A stretch of 37,581 nucleotides of DNA, taken from assembly GCA_943359705.1 (NCBI GenBank), contig CALRIB010000001.1:1-37581 (forward strand), in the 5' to 3' direction. Below are positions 25,767-33,234 of the stretch, piece by piece. This DNA comes from Candidatus Nomurabacteria bacterium (GTDB lineage Bacteria; Patescibacteriota; Minisyncoccia; Phycocordibacterales; UBA2100). The notes below the pieces were generated by a model. That model worked only from the letters and a program-made list of their open reading frames with translations, had not been told where the DNA came from and did not search any database. The translations under genes were made by a program, and so were the position numbers. How positions within the stretch are numbered: the first letter of the stretch is position 1; every line of letters begins with the position of its first letter.

Positions 25767-25801
25767 GTTCCCAATGATAAGCTATCGTCAACGGATGGGA
25801 A
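25765..25801. promoter_or_regulatory. Upstream copy of the 37-bp repeat abutting the start codon; putative operator
   Basis: ATGTTCCCAATGATAAGCTATCGTCAACGGATGGGAA with a TTCCCA-N22-TGGGAA dyad. Confidence 0.75.
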
Positions 25802-25906
25802 GATTGCGTTGTGAACACGAGTGCGGTGAGTGCAGTAAGGCGTTGGGACTGCTCGGCGGAGTAGTCCATTATTTCAGGAAGTGTGGAAATAAGGTAGAGT
25901 GCTCTG

Positions 25907-27682
25907 ATGCAAATACGGAATTTCTCAATAATTGCTCACATCGATCACGGCAAATCCACGCTGGCCGACCGGATGCTCGAATTGACCGGCACCATTGAGC
26001 CGCGACGGATGCAGGAGCAGGTACTCGACAAAATGGACCTGGAGCGCGAGCGGGGAATTACCATCAAGATGGCACCCGTGCGGATCAACTGGAAGTACAA
26101 AGGAGCGGAATACGTTCTGAACCTCATAGACACACCGGGCCACGTCGATTTTTCGTACGAAGTTTCCCGCGCACTCACCGCGGTGGAGGGCGTTATCCTG
26201 CTTGTAGATGCGACGCAAGGCGTGCAGGCGCAAACACTTTCGGTCCTCGGTGTTGCGAAGGAATTGAACCGCGTCATCATTCCCGTGATATCAAAAATCG
26301 ATTCGCCCAACGCCCGCATTGACGACATCAGGAGTGAATTGGCGCTTCTCCTCAGTGTTGATGAATCGACCATCCTCGGCGTGTCCGGCAAAACGGGCGA
26401 AGGCGTTGCCGCGCTTCTCGACAGAGTAGTGGATATCGTCCCGCCGCCGCGGCACACCGACGTGACGCAGGGCCTCATTTTTGATTTCGGATATTCGGAC
26501 CATCGCGGCATCATTGTGTATCTGCGCGTCTTCGGCGGCTCCTTCAGGAAGGGCGACACGCTTCGATTTGTTGCAGCGGACGAAGATTTTATCGCGCTCG
26601 AAGTCGGCACGCTGGCGCCCGAAGAGAGTCCGAAAGACGAAATGTTGGAAGGGGAAATCGGATATATCGTGACGGGCATCAAAAAACCGGGCATCGCGAG
26701 CGTGGGTGATACGGTGACCAGCGCGAAACGCCCCGCGTCGGCGCTGTCGGGATACATGGCGCCGACGCCCGTCATTTGGGCCAGTGTGTATCCCGAGAGT
26801 CAGGACGACCTTCCCATCCTCCGCCAATCACTTGAAAAACTGCGGCTCTCAGACTCGTCTCTTTCGTACGAGGAAGAATCATCGGGCATTATGGGTCGCG
26901 GTTTCCGATGCGGCTTCCTCGGCATGCTCCACCTGGAAATTATCATCGAGCGATTACGCCGGGAGTTTCAGTTACATCTCGTCGTCACGCAACCGACGAC
27001 GATGTATGAGATAACTCTCACGAACGGCAAGAAAGAGGAAATTTATTCACCCGCGAAATTTCCGGACGAGGGTTCGATACAAGAGGTGAGGGAGATTTGG
27101 GCAGATATCACCCTCATTACACCGACCGACCGCGTGGGCGGCATTTCGCAACTCCTGTACGACCACGAGGCTACTGTCGGGGAAACAAAGACGCTTCCCG
27201 ACGGAAAAATAGAGATGGAAGCCGAGATGCCGCTCCGCGAGCTTATGCGCGGGTTTTTCGACAAGCTCAAAAGCGTTTCGTCCGGATTCGCTTCACTCGG
27301 CTACAAGCTGAAGGGTATGCGCCACGCGGATGTGGTACGACTGGAAATACTGGTAGCGGAGGAGACGGTCCCGGCTTTCGCGCGCATTGTTTCGGAGCGA
27401 CGCCTCAATTTTGAGGCTGACCAACTCGTTGAGAAACTCGAGGGGCTTTTGCCGCGGCAAATGTTTGAGCTGAAGATTCAGGCAAAGGCGCACGGGCGCA
27501 TTATCGCCTCACGCCGCAAGTCGGCGATGAAGAAAGATGTGACGCAGCACATGTACGGCGGTGACATCACCCGTAAAATGAAGCTCCGCGAGAAACAAAA
27601 GAAGGGCAAGAAAAAGATGCTCGCCCGCGGCACGGTCGACATCCCGCACGAGGTATTTTTGAAAGTAGTTCGAGAGGGCTAG
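25907..27682 (+). CDS. lepA: Elongation factor 4
   Basis: IRNFSIIAHIDHGKSTLADR, RERGITIK, DTPGHVDFSYEVSR, GFRCGFLGMLHLEII, YGGDITRKMKL. Confidence 0.99.
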   Translation: MQIRNFSIIAHIDHGKSTLADRMLELTGTIEPRRMQEQVLDKMDLERERGITIKMAPVRINWKYKGAEYVLNLIDTPGHVDFSYEVSRALTAVEGVILLVDATQGVQAQTLSVLGVAKELNRVIIPVISKIDSPNARIDDIRSELALLLSVDESTILGVSGKTGEGVAALLDRVVDIVPPPRHTDVTQGLIFDFGYSDHRGIIVYLRVFGGSFRKGDTLRFVAADEDFIALEVGTLAPEESPKDEMLEGEIGYIVTGIKKPGIASVGDTVTSAKRPASALSGYMAPTPVIWASVYPESQDDLPILRQSLEKLRLSDSSLSYEEESSGIMGRGFRCGFLGMLHLEIIIERLRREFQLHLVVTQPTTMYEITLTNGKKEEIYSPAKFPDEGSIQEVREIWADITLITPTDRVGGISQLLYDHEATVGETKTLPDGKIEMEAEMPLRELMRGFFDKLKSVSSGFASLGYKLKGMRHADVVRLEILVAEETVPAFARIVSERRLNFEADQLVEKLEGLLPRQMFELKIQAKAHGRIIASRRKSAMKKDVTQHMYGGDITRKMKLREKQKKGKKKMLARGTVDIPHEVFLKVVREG

Positions 27683-27804
27683 AGGCCAATCAGGCTCGTA
27701 AGGCCACCAAAGAAAACCACCATTCCGATGATGACCAAGACTGCGACAACGCCCCATATCACGTTGACCACTTTTTTCGTGCGCTTGTCGAAAAGAAAAC
27801 TCAT
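27679..27804 (-). CDS. 41-aa single-TM small protein (absent from the ORF track)
   Basis: Manual translation MSFLFDKRTKKVVNVIWGVVAVLVIIGMVVFFGGLTSLIGL*; its stop overlaps the lepA stop. Confidence 0.7.
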   Translation of the reverse strand: MSFLFDKRTKKVVNVIWGVVAVLVIIGMVVFFGGLTSLIGL

Positions 27805-27868
27805 ATGTTGTAGGACAGGGTAGCGGATTGGCGGGGAAATGCAAATCGGACGGGTGTAGAATTGGCGT

Positions 27869-28246
27869 ATGAGGACGTATTACGACAAGCGCTCCATTGC
27901 CCGCCTGTTCCTGAAACGCATCGGGCTGGCCGGTCTTTTCCTGCTCGTCATCATTGCAATTCTCGGCGTGTGGAATGCCTACCAAAAGGAGCGCGAATCG
28001 GCGGGGCTGCGCGCGGAGGCGGAGGGGCAGCATGCGGACCTTGTGGCGCGCGCCACGCAGATGCAAGACAACCTTGCCAGATTAAATACCGACCGGGGCA
28101 AAGAAGAAGCGCTCCGTACCCAGTATGCGATGGCGGAAAAAGGCGAGAAGCTCATCGTTATCGTCGACCCCTCGACGACGACGCCCATACACGCGACATC
28201 CACCTCGGCCGGCGATTGGTTCCGTAAGACATTCTGGCCATGGTAA
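27869..28246 (+). CDS. Septum formation initiator (FtsB/DivIC-like) protein
   Basis: TM helix, coiled coil, then EEALRTQYAMAEKGEKLIVIVD resembling the E..AR..LG...GE motif. Confidence 0.75.
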   Translation: MRTYYDKRSIARLFLKRIGLAGLFLLVIIAILGVWNAYQKERESAGLRAEAEGQHADLVARATQMQDNLARLNTDRGKEEALRTQYAMAEKGEKLIVIVDPSTTTPIHATSTSAGDWFRKTFWPW

Positions 28247-30033
28247 ACGCTAGCCAGGAGAAACCGGAAGCGATGCGAAAACCTCGTACGGTATTTAGCG
28301 TGTATGCGCGGGAAGTGCTGCGGCACCCCAAGCTCTTCAGCGTCATCGTTGTGTGCGACCTCATTATGCAGGCGACCTATCTCGTTGCCCCGCTCTATTT
28401 GCGTTCGTTTTTTAATACCATCGCCAAAAACGTGCCGAGCGATGCCGTTGCGCAGGCGCTGGTATACATCCTCGTCGTTATCGTCATTATTTGGATTATC
28501 GACTGGCTCGCGCACCGCGGACAGTACGTCGCTACGATGTATCTTGAGACCCGGGTAATGTCGGATCTGTATCGTTCCACGTTCGACTACCTGCTCGGCC
28601 ATTCATACAACTTCTTCATTTCGCAATTCGCCGGCTCACTCACACACAAGGTGAGCAAATTCGTGAGGTCATTCGAAATTATCATCGACAGTGTCGTCAA
28701 CAACATGTTCCCCGCGCTCGTCTTTATTACCGGCGCAATCGTGGTGCTTTTTATCCGCAATCACACACTGGGAATCATTCTGGCCGTGTGGTCGGTGCTG
28801 TACCTCATGTTTCAAATCTACGTTTCTCGGGTACGTCGACCATCCCGCATTGCCCGAGCGGAGGCCGACAGCCGGGTGACCGGCAACCTGGCCGACGCAA
28901 TATCAAACCAATCGACGATCGTACTCTTCTCAGGCGGTCGTCATGAGGCGTCCCGATTCGGTAGGACAGTGGCCGAATGGGTGAAGGCTTTTTTGCGCAC
29001 GTGGTGGGTCGACGCGTGGATTTGGCTCGGTCTCGGCTTCTTTATGATAGTCATCCAAACGACGCTGCTCTACGTAGGTATTCAGCTCTGGCACGAGGGA
29101 CTTTTTTCCGTCGGAGATTTTATCCTCATCCAGGCCTACCTCCTCACCGCTTTTGAGCGGCTCGAGCAGGTGAATCGTCAGCTGCGCCGCGCCAACGACG
29201 CATACAGCGATGCCGGTGAAATGGTGGAGATACTCGAAACGCTCCATGAGGTACACGACGTGCCGGGCGCTCGGCCGCTTCTCGTGCGGGACGGGGCTCT
29301 CACTTTTGAGAACGTTGACTTTTACTTTTACGAAGAGCAGGGCGTCTTCGAGAATTTCAATCTGGCCGTACGCGGGCGGGAAAAGGTGGCGTTTGTCGGC
29401 CCCTCCGGGGCGGGCAAAACGACGCTCACCAAGCTGATTCTCCGCTTGTTCGACGTAAAGGCGGGTGCGATAACCGTCGACGGACAGAATATCGCAGCGG
29501 TGACCCAAGAGAGCTTGCGCGATGCCATCGGCTTCGTGCCGCAGGAGCCGATTCTCTTCCATCGCACGTTGATGGAAAACATCCGCTACGGACGGCGTGA
29601 CGCGAGTGATGCGGATGTCGTTGAAGCTGCCAAGCGCGCACACTGTCATGAATTCATTTCGAAGCTACCGCATGGATACGATACATACGTGGGCGAGCGC
29701 GGCGTGAAGCTCTCAGGCGGCGAGCGCCAGAGAGTGGCTATCGCGCGGGCAATACTCAAGAACGCACCGCTCCTCATTCTCGACGAAGCGACCTCGAGTC
29801 TCGACTCGACTTCAGAACTCCTTATCCAAAAAGCACTTGCCGACCTTATGAGCGGCAAGACGGTCATCGTCATCGCGCACCGCCTCTCCACTATCATGAA
29901 AATGGATCGCATCATCGTTCTCGACGGCGGCACGCTCGTGGAGGAGGGCACGCACCAGGAATTACTCACCAAAAAAGGCCTCTACGCCGAACTCTGGAGC
30001 CATCAGGCCGGCGGATTTATTCAGGATGAGTAA
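28240..30033 (+). CDS. ABC exporter, fused permease and ATP-binding domains
   Basis: TM domain, Walker A GPSGAGKT, LSGGERQR, ILDEATSSLD, IAHRLST. Confidence 0.96.
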   Translation: MVNASQEKPEAMRKPRTVFSVYAREVLRHPKLFSVIVVCDLIMQATYLVAPLYLRSFFNTIAKNVPSDAVAQALVYILVVIVIIWIIDWLAHRGQYVATMYLETRVMSDLYRSTFDYLLGHSYNFFISQFAGSLTHKVSKFVRSFEIIIDSVVNNMFPALVFITGAIVVLFIRNHTLGIILAVWSVLYLMFQIYVSRVRRPSRIARAEADSRVTGNLADAISNQSTIVLFSGGRHEASRFGRTVAEWVKAFLRTWWVDAWIWLGLGFFMIVIQTTLLYVGIQLWHEGLFSVGDFILIQAYLLTAFERLEQVNRQLRRANDAYSDAGEMVEILETLHEVHDVPGARPLLVRDGALTFENVDFYFYEEQGVFENFNLAVRGREKVAFVGPSGAGKTTLTKLILRLFDVKAGAITVDGQNIAAVTQESLRDAIGFVPQEPILFHRTLMENIRYGRRDASDADVVEAAKRAHCHEFISKLPHGYDTYVGERGVKLSGGERQRVAIARAILKNAPLLILDEATSSLDSTSELLIQKALADLMSGKTVIVIAHRLSTIMKMDRIIVLDGGTLVEEGTHQELLTKKGLYAELWSHQAGGFIQDE

Positions 30034-30057
30034 GTGCGGTGGTATAGTAATTCCGCC

Positions 30058-30128
30058 GCGGGCGTAGTTCAGTGGCAGAATGAATGCTTCCCAAGCATTA
30101 GATGCGGGTTCGATTCCCGCCGCCCGCA
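30058..30128 (+). tRNA. tRNA-Gly(CCC)
   Basis: Acceptor GCGGGCG/CGCCCGC, AATGC-TTCCCAA-GCATT, GCGGG-TTCGATT-CCCGC. Confidence 0.96.
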
Positions 30129-30129
30129 C

Positions 30130-30453
30130 CTAAAGATACTTTTTACCGTACCGACGCATCGCATCGACGACGGAATTGAACGCGCGGCCTTTTTTGGTGA
30201 GTTCGTAGTGACTTCGCACGGGCTTGGTAAAGTGTTTGCGTGCGATGAACTTCTCTTTTTCGAGACGTTTCAGGGTATTGGTGAGAGTACGCGGGCTCAT
30301 GCCGAGCGAATCCTCGAACTCTCCGAATCGTTGCGGCTTTTCCATAAGGTCTCGCATGATGAGAAGGGAACAGGCGTCGCCGAGGAGGTCGGCCACGCGC
30401 GCAACGGGGCACTCAGGACAGAGTTTCTTGCGCTGGCTTTTCGTGCGTAACAT
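30130..30453 (-). CDS. HxlR-family winged-helix transcriptional regulator
   Basis: CPVARVADLLGD, RFGEF, SPRTLTNTLKRLE, YELTKKGR. Confidence 0.93.
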   Translation of the reverse strand: MLRTKSQRKKLCPECPVARVADLLGDACSLLIMRDLMEKPQRFGEFEDSLGMSPRTLTNTLKRLEKEKFIARKHFTKPVRSHYELTKKGRAFNSVVDAMRRYGKKYL

Positions 30454-30475
30454 TACACCACACTAACACAACGTT

Positions 30476-30500
30476 ACTCACTTTACAAAGTAAAGTGAGT
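30476..30500. promoter_or_regulatory. Putative HxlR-family operator ACTCACTTTAC-AAA-GTAAAGTGAGT
   Basis: Perfect 11-bp inverted repeat in the divergent intergenic region. Confidence 0.75.
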
Positions 30501-30539
30501 TGCTACACTGAAATCACATTATTTATCTCACTCTACTGT

Positions 30540-31157
30540 ATGGATTACACCAAACTCGCGTCGGATGAAGTCATAGAAAAGACCGCCAAGGGTCTTGAAG
30601 GTCGCCGGTTCAAATCAATGGTTGTCGGAAGCGGCAAAGAAGCGCTTGCTGCAATACAGGGGCTTATTCCGGAAGGCGCATCGGTGATGAACGGTTCTTC
30701 CGTGACGCTCGAAGAGATAGGGTTTGTCGAATACCTCAAATCAGGCAGCCACAAGTGGAACAATCTCCACGCAGGTGTCCTTGCGGAGAACGACCAGGCC
30801 AAACGCGCCGACCTTCGCCGCCGGTCGGTCCTCTCCGATTATTACCTCGGCAGCGTTCACGCCATTACCGAAGACGGAGAAATGGTCATCGCGTCCAATA
30901 CGGGCAGCCAGCAGCCGCACCTTGTCTACACCTCGCCGAATCTCATTCTCGTGGTCGGTGCGCAGAAGATAGTTCCTACGCTTCCGGCCGCATTTGAGCG
31001 CCTGGAAAAGCATGTCATTCCGCTGGAAGACGAGCACATGAAAAAGCTCTACGGCAGCGGCACAATGCACAACAAAACCGTCATCCTCCACGGTGAAAGC
31101 CCGATGATGAAGCGTTCGGCGACCGTTATTATCGTGAAGGAGGAACTGGGCTTCTGA
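30540..31157 (+). CDS. LUD-domain (LutC/YkgG-like) protein
   Basis: GSSVTLEEIG, DYYLGSVHAITEDGEMVIASNTG, LVVGAQKIV, VIIVKEELGF. Confidence 0.88.
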   Translation: MDYTKLASDEVIEKTAKGLEGRRFKSMVVGSGKEALAAIQGLIPEGASVMNGSSVTLEEIGFVEYLKSGSHKWNNLHAGVLAENDQAKRADLRRRSVLSDYYLGSVHAITEDGEMVIASNTGSQQPHLVYTSPNLILVVGAQKIVPTLPAAFERLEKHVIPLEDEHMKKLYGSGTMHNKTVILHGESPMMKRSATVIIVKEELGF

Positions 31158-31204
31158 CGAATGTTGGTGATATACTAATCGAACTTAAAAATAAAAAATA
31201 GCTT

Positions 31205-31444
31205 ATGGCCAAACCTCAAGTAACCATTTATTCGACTCCGACCTGCCACTTCTGCCACGCGGCCAAGGATTTCTTCACCGCCAACAAAGTGCAATTCACC
31301 GACTACAACGTCGCGACCGACCTCGCGAAGCGCAAGGAGATGGTGGAGAAGAGCGGACAGCTCGGTGTGCCGGTCATCACGGTAGGAGACAAAACGGTCG
31401 TGGGCTTTGACGAAGACCGATTGAAGGAGCTTCTCGCGGTTTAG
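31205..31444 (+). CDS. Glutaredoxin-like (NrdH/YruB type) redoxin
   Basis: VTIYSTPTCHFC, SGQLGVPVI, VGFD. Confidence 0.93.
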   Translation: MAKPQVTIYSTPTCHFCHAAKDFFTANKVQFTDYNVATDLAKRKEMVEKSGQLGVPVITVGDKTVVGFDEDRLKELLAV

Positions 31445-31551
31445 TTGGTGCCCCTGGGCTCCTGGGAAACCCACGGTTCTCCCAAACCTTCCTCCGCGGG
31501 AAACTCCCGTTTCCCGACCCCTTCCCATTGCTGGTGGCATCGCTTCACGAG

Positions 31552-31623
31552 TGCCCCCAGCAAGAATCGAACTCACATCGTTCCCTTAGGACGGGACTGC
31601 TCTATCCATTGAGCTATGGGGGC
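31552..31623 (-). tRNA. tRNA-Arg(CCT)
   Basis: Reverse complement GCCCCCATAGCTCAATGGATAGAGCA...TCCC-GTCCTAA-GGGA...GTTCGATTC...TGGGGGCA. Confidence 0.94.
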
Positions 31624-31666
31624 TAGCCGGACAACTGTAGCATTTTTGGAATGCTAGAATAAGCGT

Positions 31667-31978
31667 ATGGAGGTGAACGACCAGACGCTGACGGAGTTGT
31701 TGCGCCTCACGCAGGACAACAACAAGATGCTGCACAAGATGCGCCGCGGTGCTCTGTGGGGCGGCATTATTAAATTCATCTTGTACGTCGTGATTTTTGT
31801 TGTCGCGCCGCTTTGGGTGTACGCCACCTACCTCGCCCCCATCGTGCAGCAGATGACAGCGACGATGCAGCAGATACAGGGCACCGGTGCAAAAGCGTCG
31901 GCACAGCTCAGCGATTTCCAAAAGATGTGGAACGATATCCAGTCCAAGATTCCCGGTCTGGGTAACGCCAAACAGTAG
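31667..31978 (+). CDS. Hypothetical single-TM protein
   Basis: LTQDNNKMLHKMRR then a TM helix and Gln-rich helix; TAGAAT 6 nt upstream. Confidence 0.85.
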   Translation: MEVNDQTLTELLRLTQDNNKMLHKMRRGALWGGIIKFILYVVIFVVAPLWVYATYLAPIVQQMTATMQQIQGTGAKASAQLSDFQKMWNDIQSKIPGLGNAKQ

Positions 31979-32019
31979 TCGATTGAGAAAATGTTGAATG
32001 ACGGTTATATTAGACTGTC

Positions 32020-32092
32020 GCCCAGATAGCTCAGTTAGTAGAGCATTCCCCTGAAGAGGGAAGGGTCGTCAGTGCAAATCTGACTCTGGGCA
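32020..32092 (+). tRNA. tRNA-Phe(GAA)
   Basis: Acceptor GCCCAGA/TCTGGGC, TTCCC-CTGAAGA-GGGAA, T-arm GTCAG-TGCAAAT-CTGAC. Confidence 0.95.
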
Positions 32093-32235
32093 CATGGAGC
32101 GGAGCGAAATGAGCCAGAAGGGCAATGCCTGCGCATTGACCGGGTCGGATTTGCAAGCCGGAGCCATGTCGCTTGCGACAGGCGAGGCCGGGTAGGAGCC
32201 ACTTAACGAGCGCAGCGAGTTTAGTGAGCTGTCAC

Positions 32236-32255
32236 CAAATCTGACTCTGGGCACA
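32236..32255 (+). repeat. Exact 20-bp duplication of the tRNA-Phe 3' end (att-like)
   Basis: CAAATCTGACTCTGGGCACA is identical to 32075-32094. Confidence 0.9.
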
Positions 32256-32279
32256 AAACAAAAATGGCCGACCCGATCC

Positions 32280-32573
32280 TCATGAGGGCCGGGCCGGATA
32301 GAGTTCGCGGATCTCGACGCGTGATGCTGAGACCATGACAAGGCCGTAGAAGACCCACCCCAACAGGACACAAGTTGCCAACGCGACGACGTGTGTCGCG
32401 AAGGACTCGGCTTTGAAGCGTTCCGGGTACCTTCGGCGCACCACGCCGAAAATCAGAAACCATCCCATGATGAATCCCGCCACGGGCCACGTAACCGCGG
32501 TTGTTGTCGCGATGATGTCGACATACAACGGCGAGCTGATTCCAAGTAACCACAACATGTGCCGACCTCTCAA
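32280..32573 (-). CDS. Hypothetical small membrane protein
   Basis: 97-aa ORF with two or three hydrophobic segments filling the gap; start uncertain. Confidence 0.5.
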   Translation of the reverse strand: MRGRHMLWLLGISSPLYVDIIATTTAVTWPVAGFIMGWFLIFGVVRRRYPERFKAESFATHVVALATCVLLGWVFYGLVMVSASRVEIRELYPARPS

Positions 32574-32622
32574 GTGTGTTTGCAGGCTAACGAGAGCCTA
32601 CCATCAAGCGCTAGTGCGTCAA

Positions 32623-33198
32623 CTAAAATCCAAGCGTGAAGGTCATCGGCTTCGCGCCGCCGCTTAGCCACTTCGAGGTGTTGAGGGGTATCTCGCGTGT
32701 CGTGCCGAGGTCGCGGTATTTGAGTTTGTTGTTTTTGAGGGCGAAGTCGAGCACTCGCTTGGTGAGCTCTACGTCCTTGATGCAGTACTCTTTTACCTTC
32801 TCCACTTCGCCCGCACGCCACCATTTAAGAGACTGTGCGCCGTCGGCGCTCTTACCTTCGCCAAGCGTGCCTTCGGCAATGGAGTCGAGCTTGAGGCGCC
32901 GACCTAGAGATTTGTGTACTTCCTGCATCAGGTCGAGACTCCGGATGCGCGTGAGGTCGCCCGGGTAATATTTGTTCAAAAGAGGAATGTCGAAGTGGTC
33001 GGAATTGTAACCTACCAAGACATCCGTCCGCTCAAGAATGGGCCACAGCTGCGGCAACTCACTTTCCACGTAACACGTGTATTTTCCTGTTTCCGAATCG
33101 TGAACGGCGACGACTGCGATGGAGAGGTCGGCGGGGTCGCCGGAGCCGGTCTCGCTCATCCAGTTCGAAGTTTCGATATCAAATACGACCGTGCGCAT
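32623..33198 (-). CDS. RNase H-like DEDD 3'-5' exonuclease domain protein (YprB-like)
   Basis: VVFDIET, VGYNSDHFDIP, KLDSIAEGTLG, YCIKDVELT. Confidence 0.9.
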   Translation of the reverse strand: MRTVVFDIETSNWMSETGSGDPADLSIAVVAVHDSETGKYTCYVESELPQLWPILERTDVLVGYNSDHFDIPLLNKYYPGDLTRIRSLDLMQEVHKSLGRRLKLDSIAEGTLGEGKSADGAQSLKWWRAGEVEKVKEYCIKDVELTKRVLDFALKNNKLKYRDLGTTREIPLNTSKWLSGGAKPMTFTLGF

Positions 33199-33234
33199 CG
33201 CGCGCAGTATAGCAGAAAGCGTTTTGGAACATCC

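Noticed and set aside
25142..25801. CRISPR array or CRISPR-Cas locus (Cas2-like domain plus 37-bp repeats)
   Set aside because: Only two degenerate copies separated by a whole gene, no spacer-sized intervals, and no cas1 or other cas genes in the window.
30034..30450. Plus-strand 138-aa ORF
   Set aside because: It spans tRNA-Gly and is antisense to the HxlR gene.
32092..33198. Prophage or integrase-bearing island at tRNA-Phe
   Set aside because: The att-like duplication encloses only 161 bp, and no integrase or phage gene is visible.
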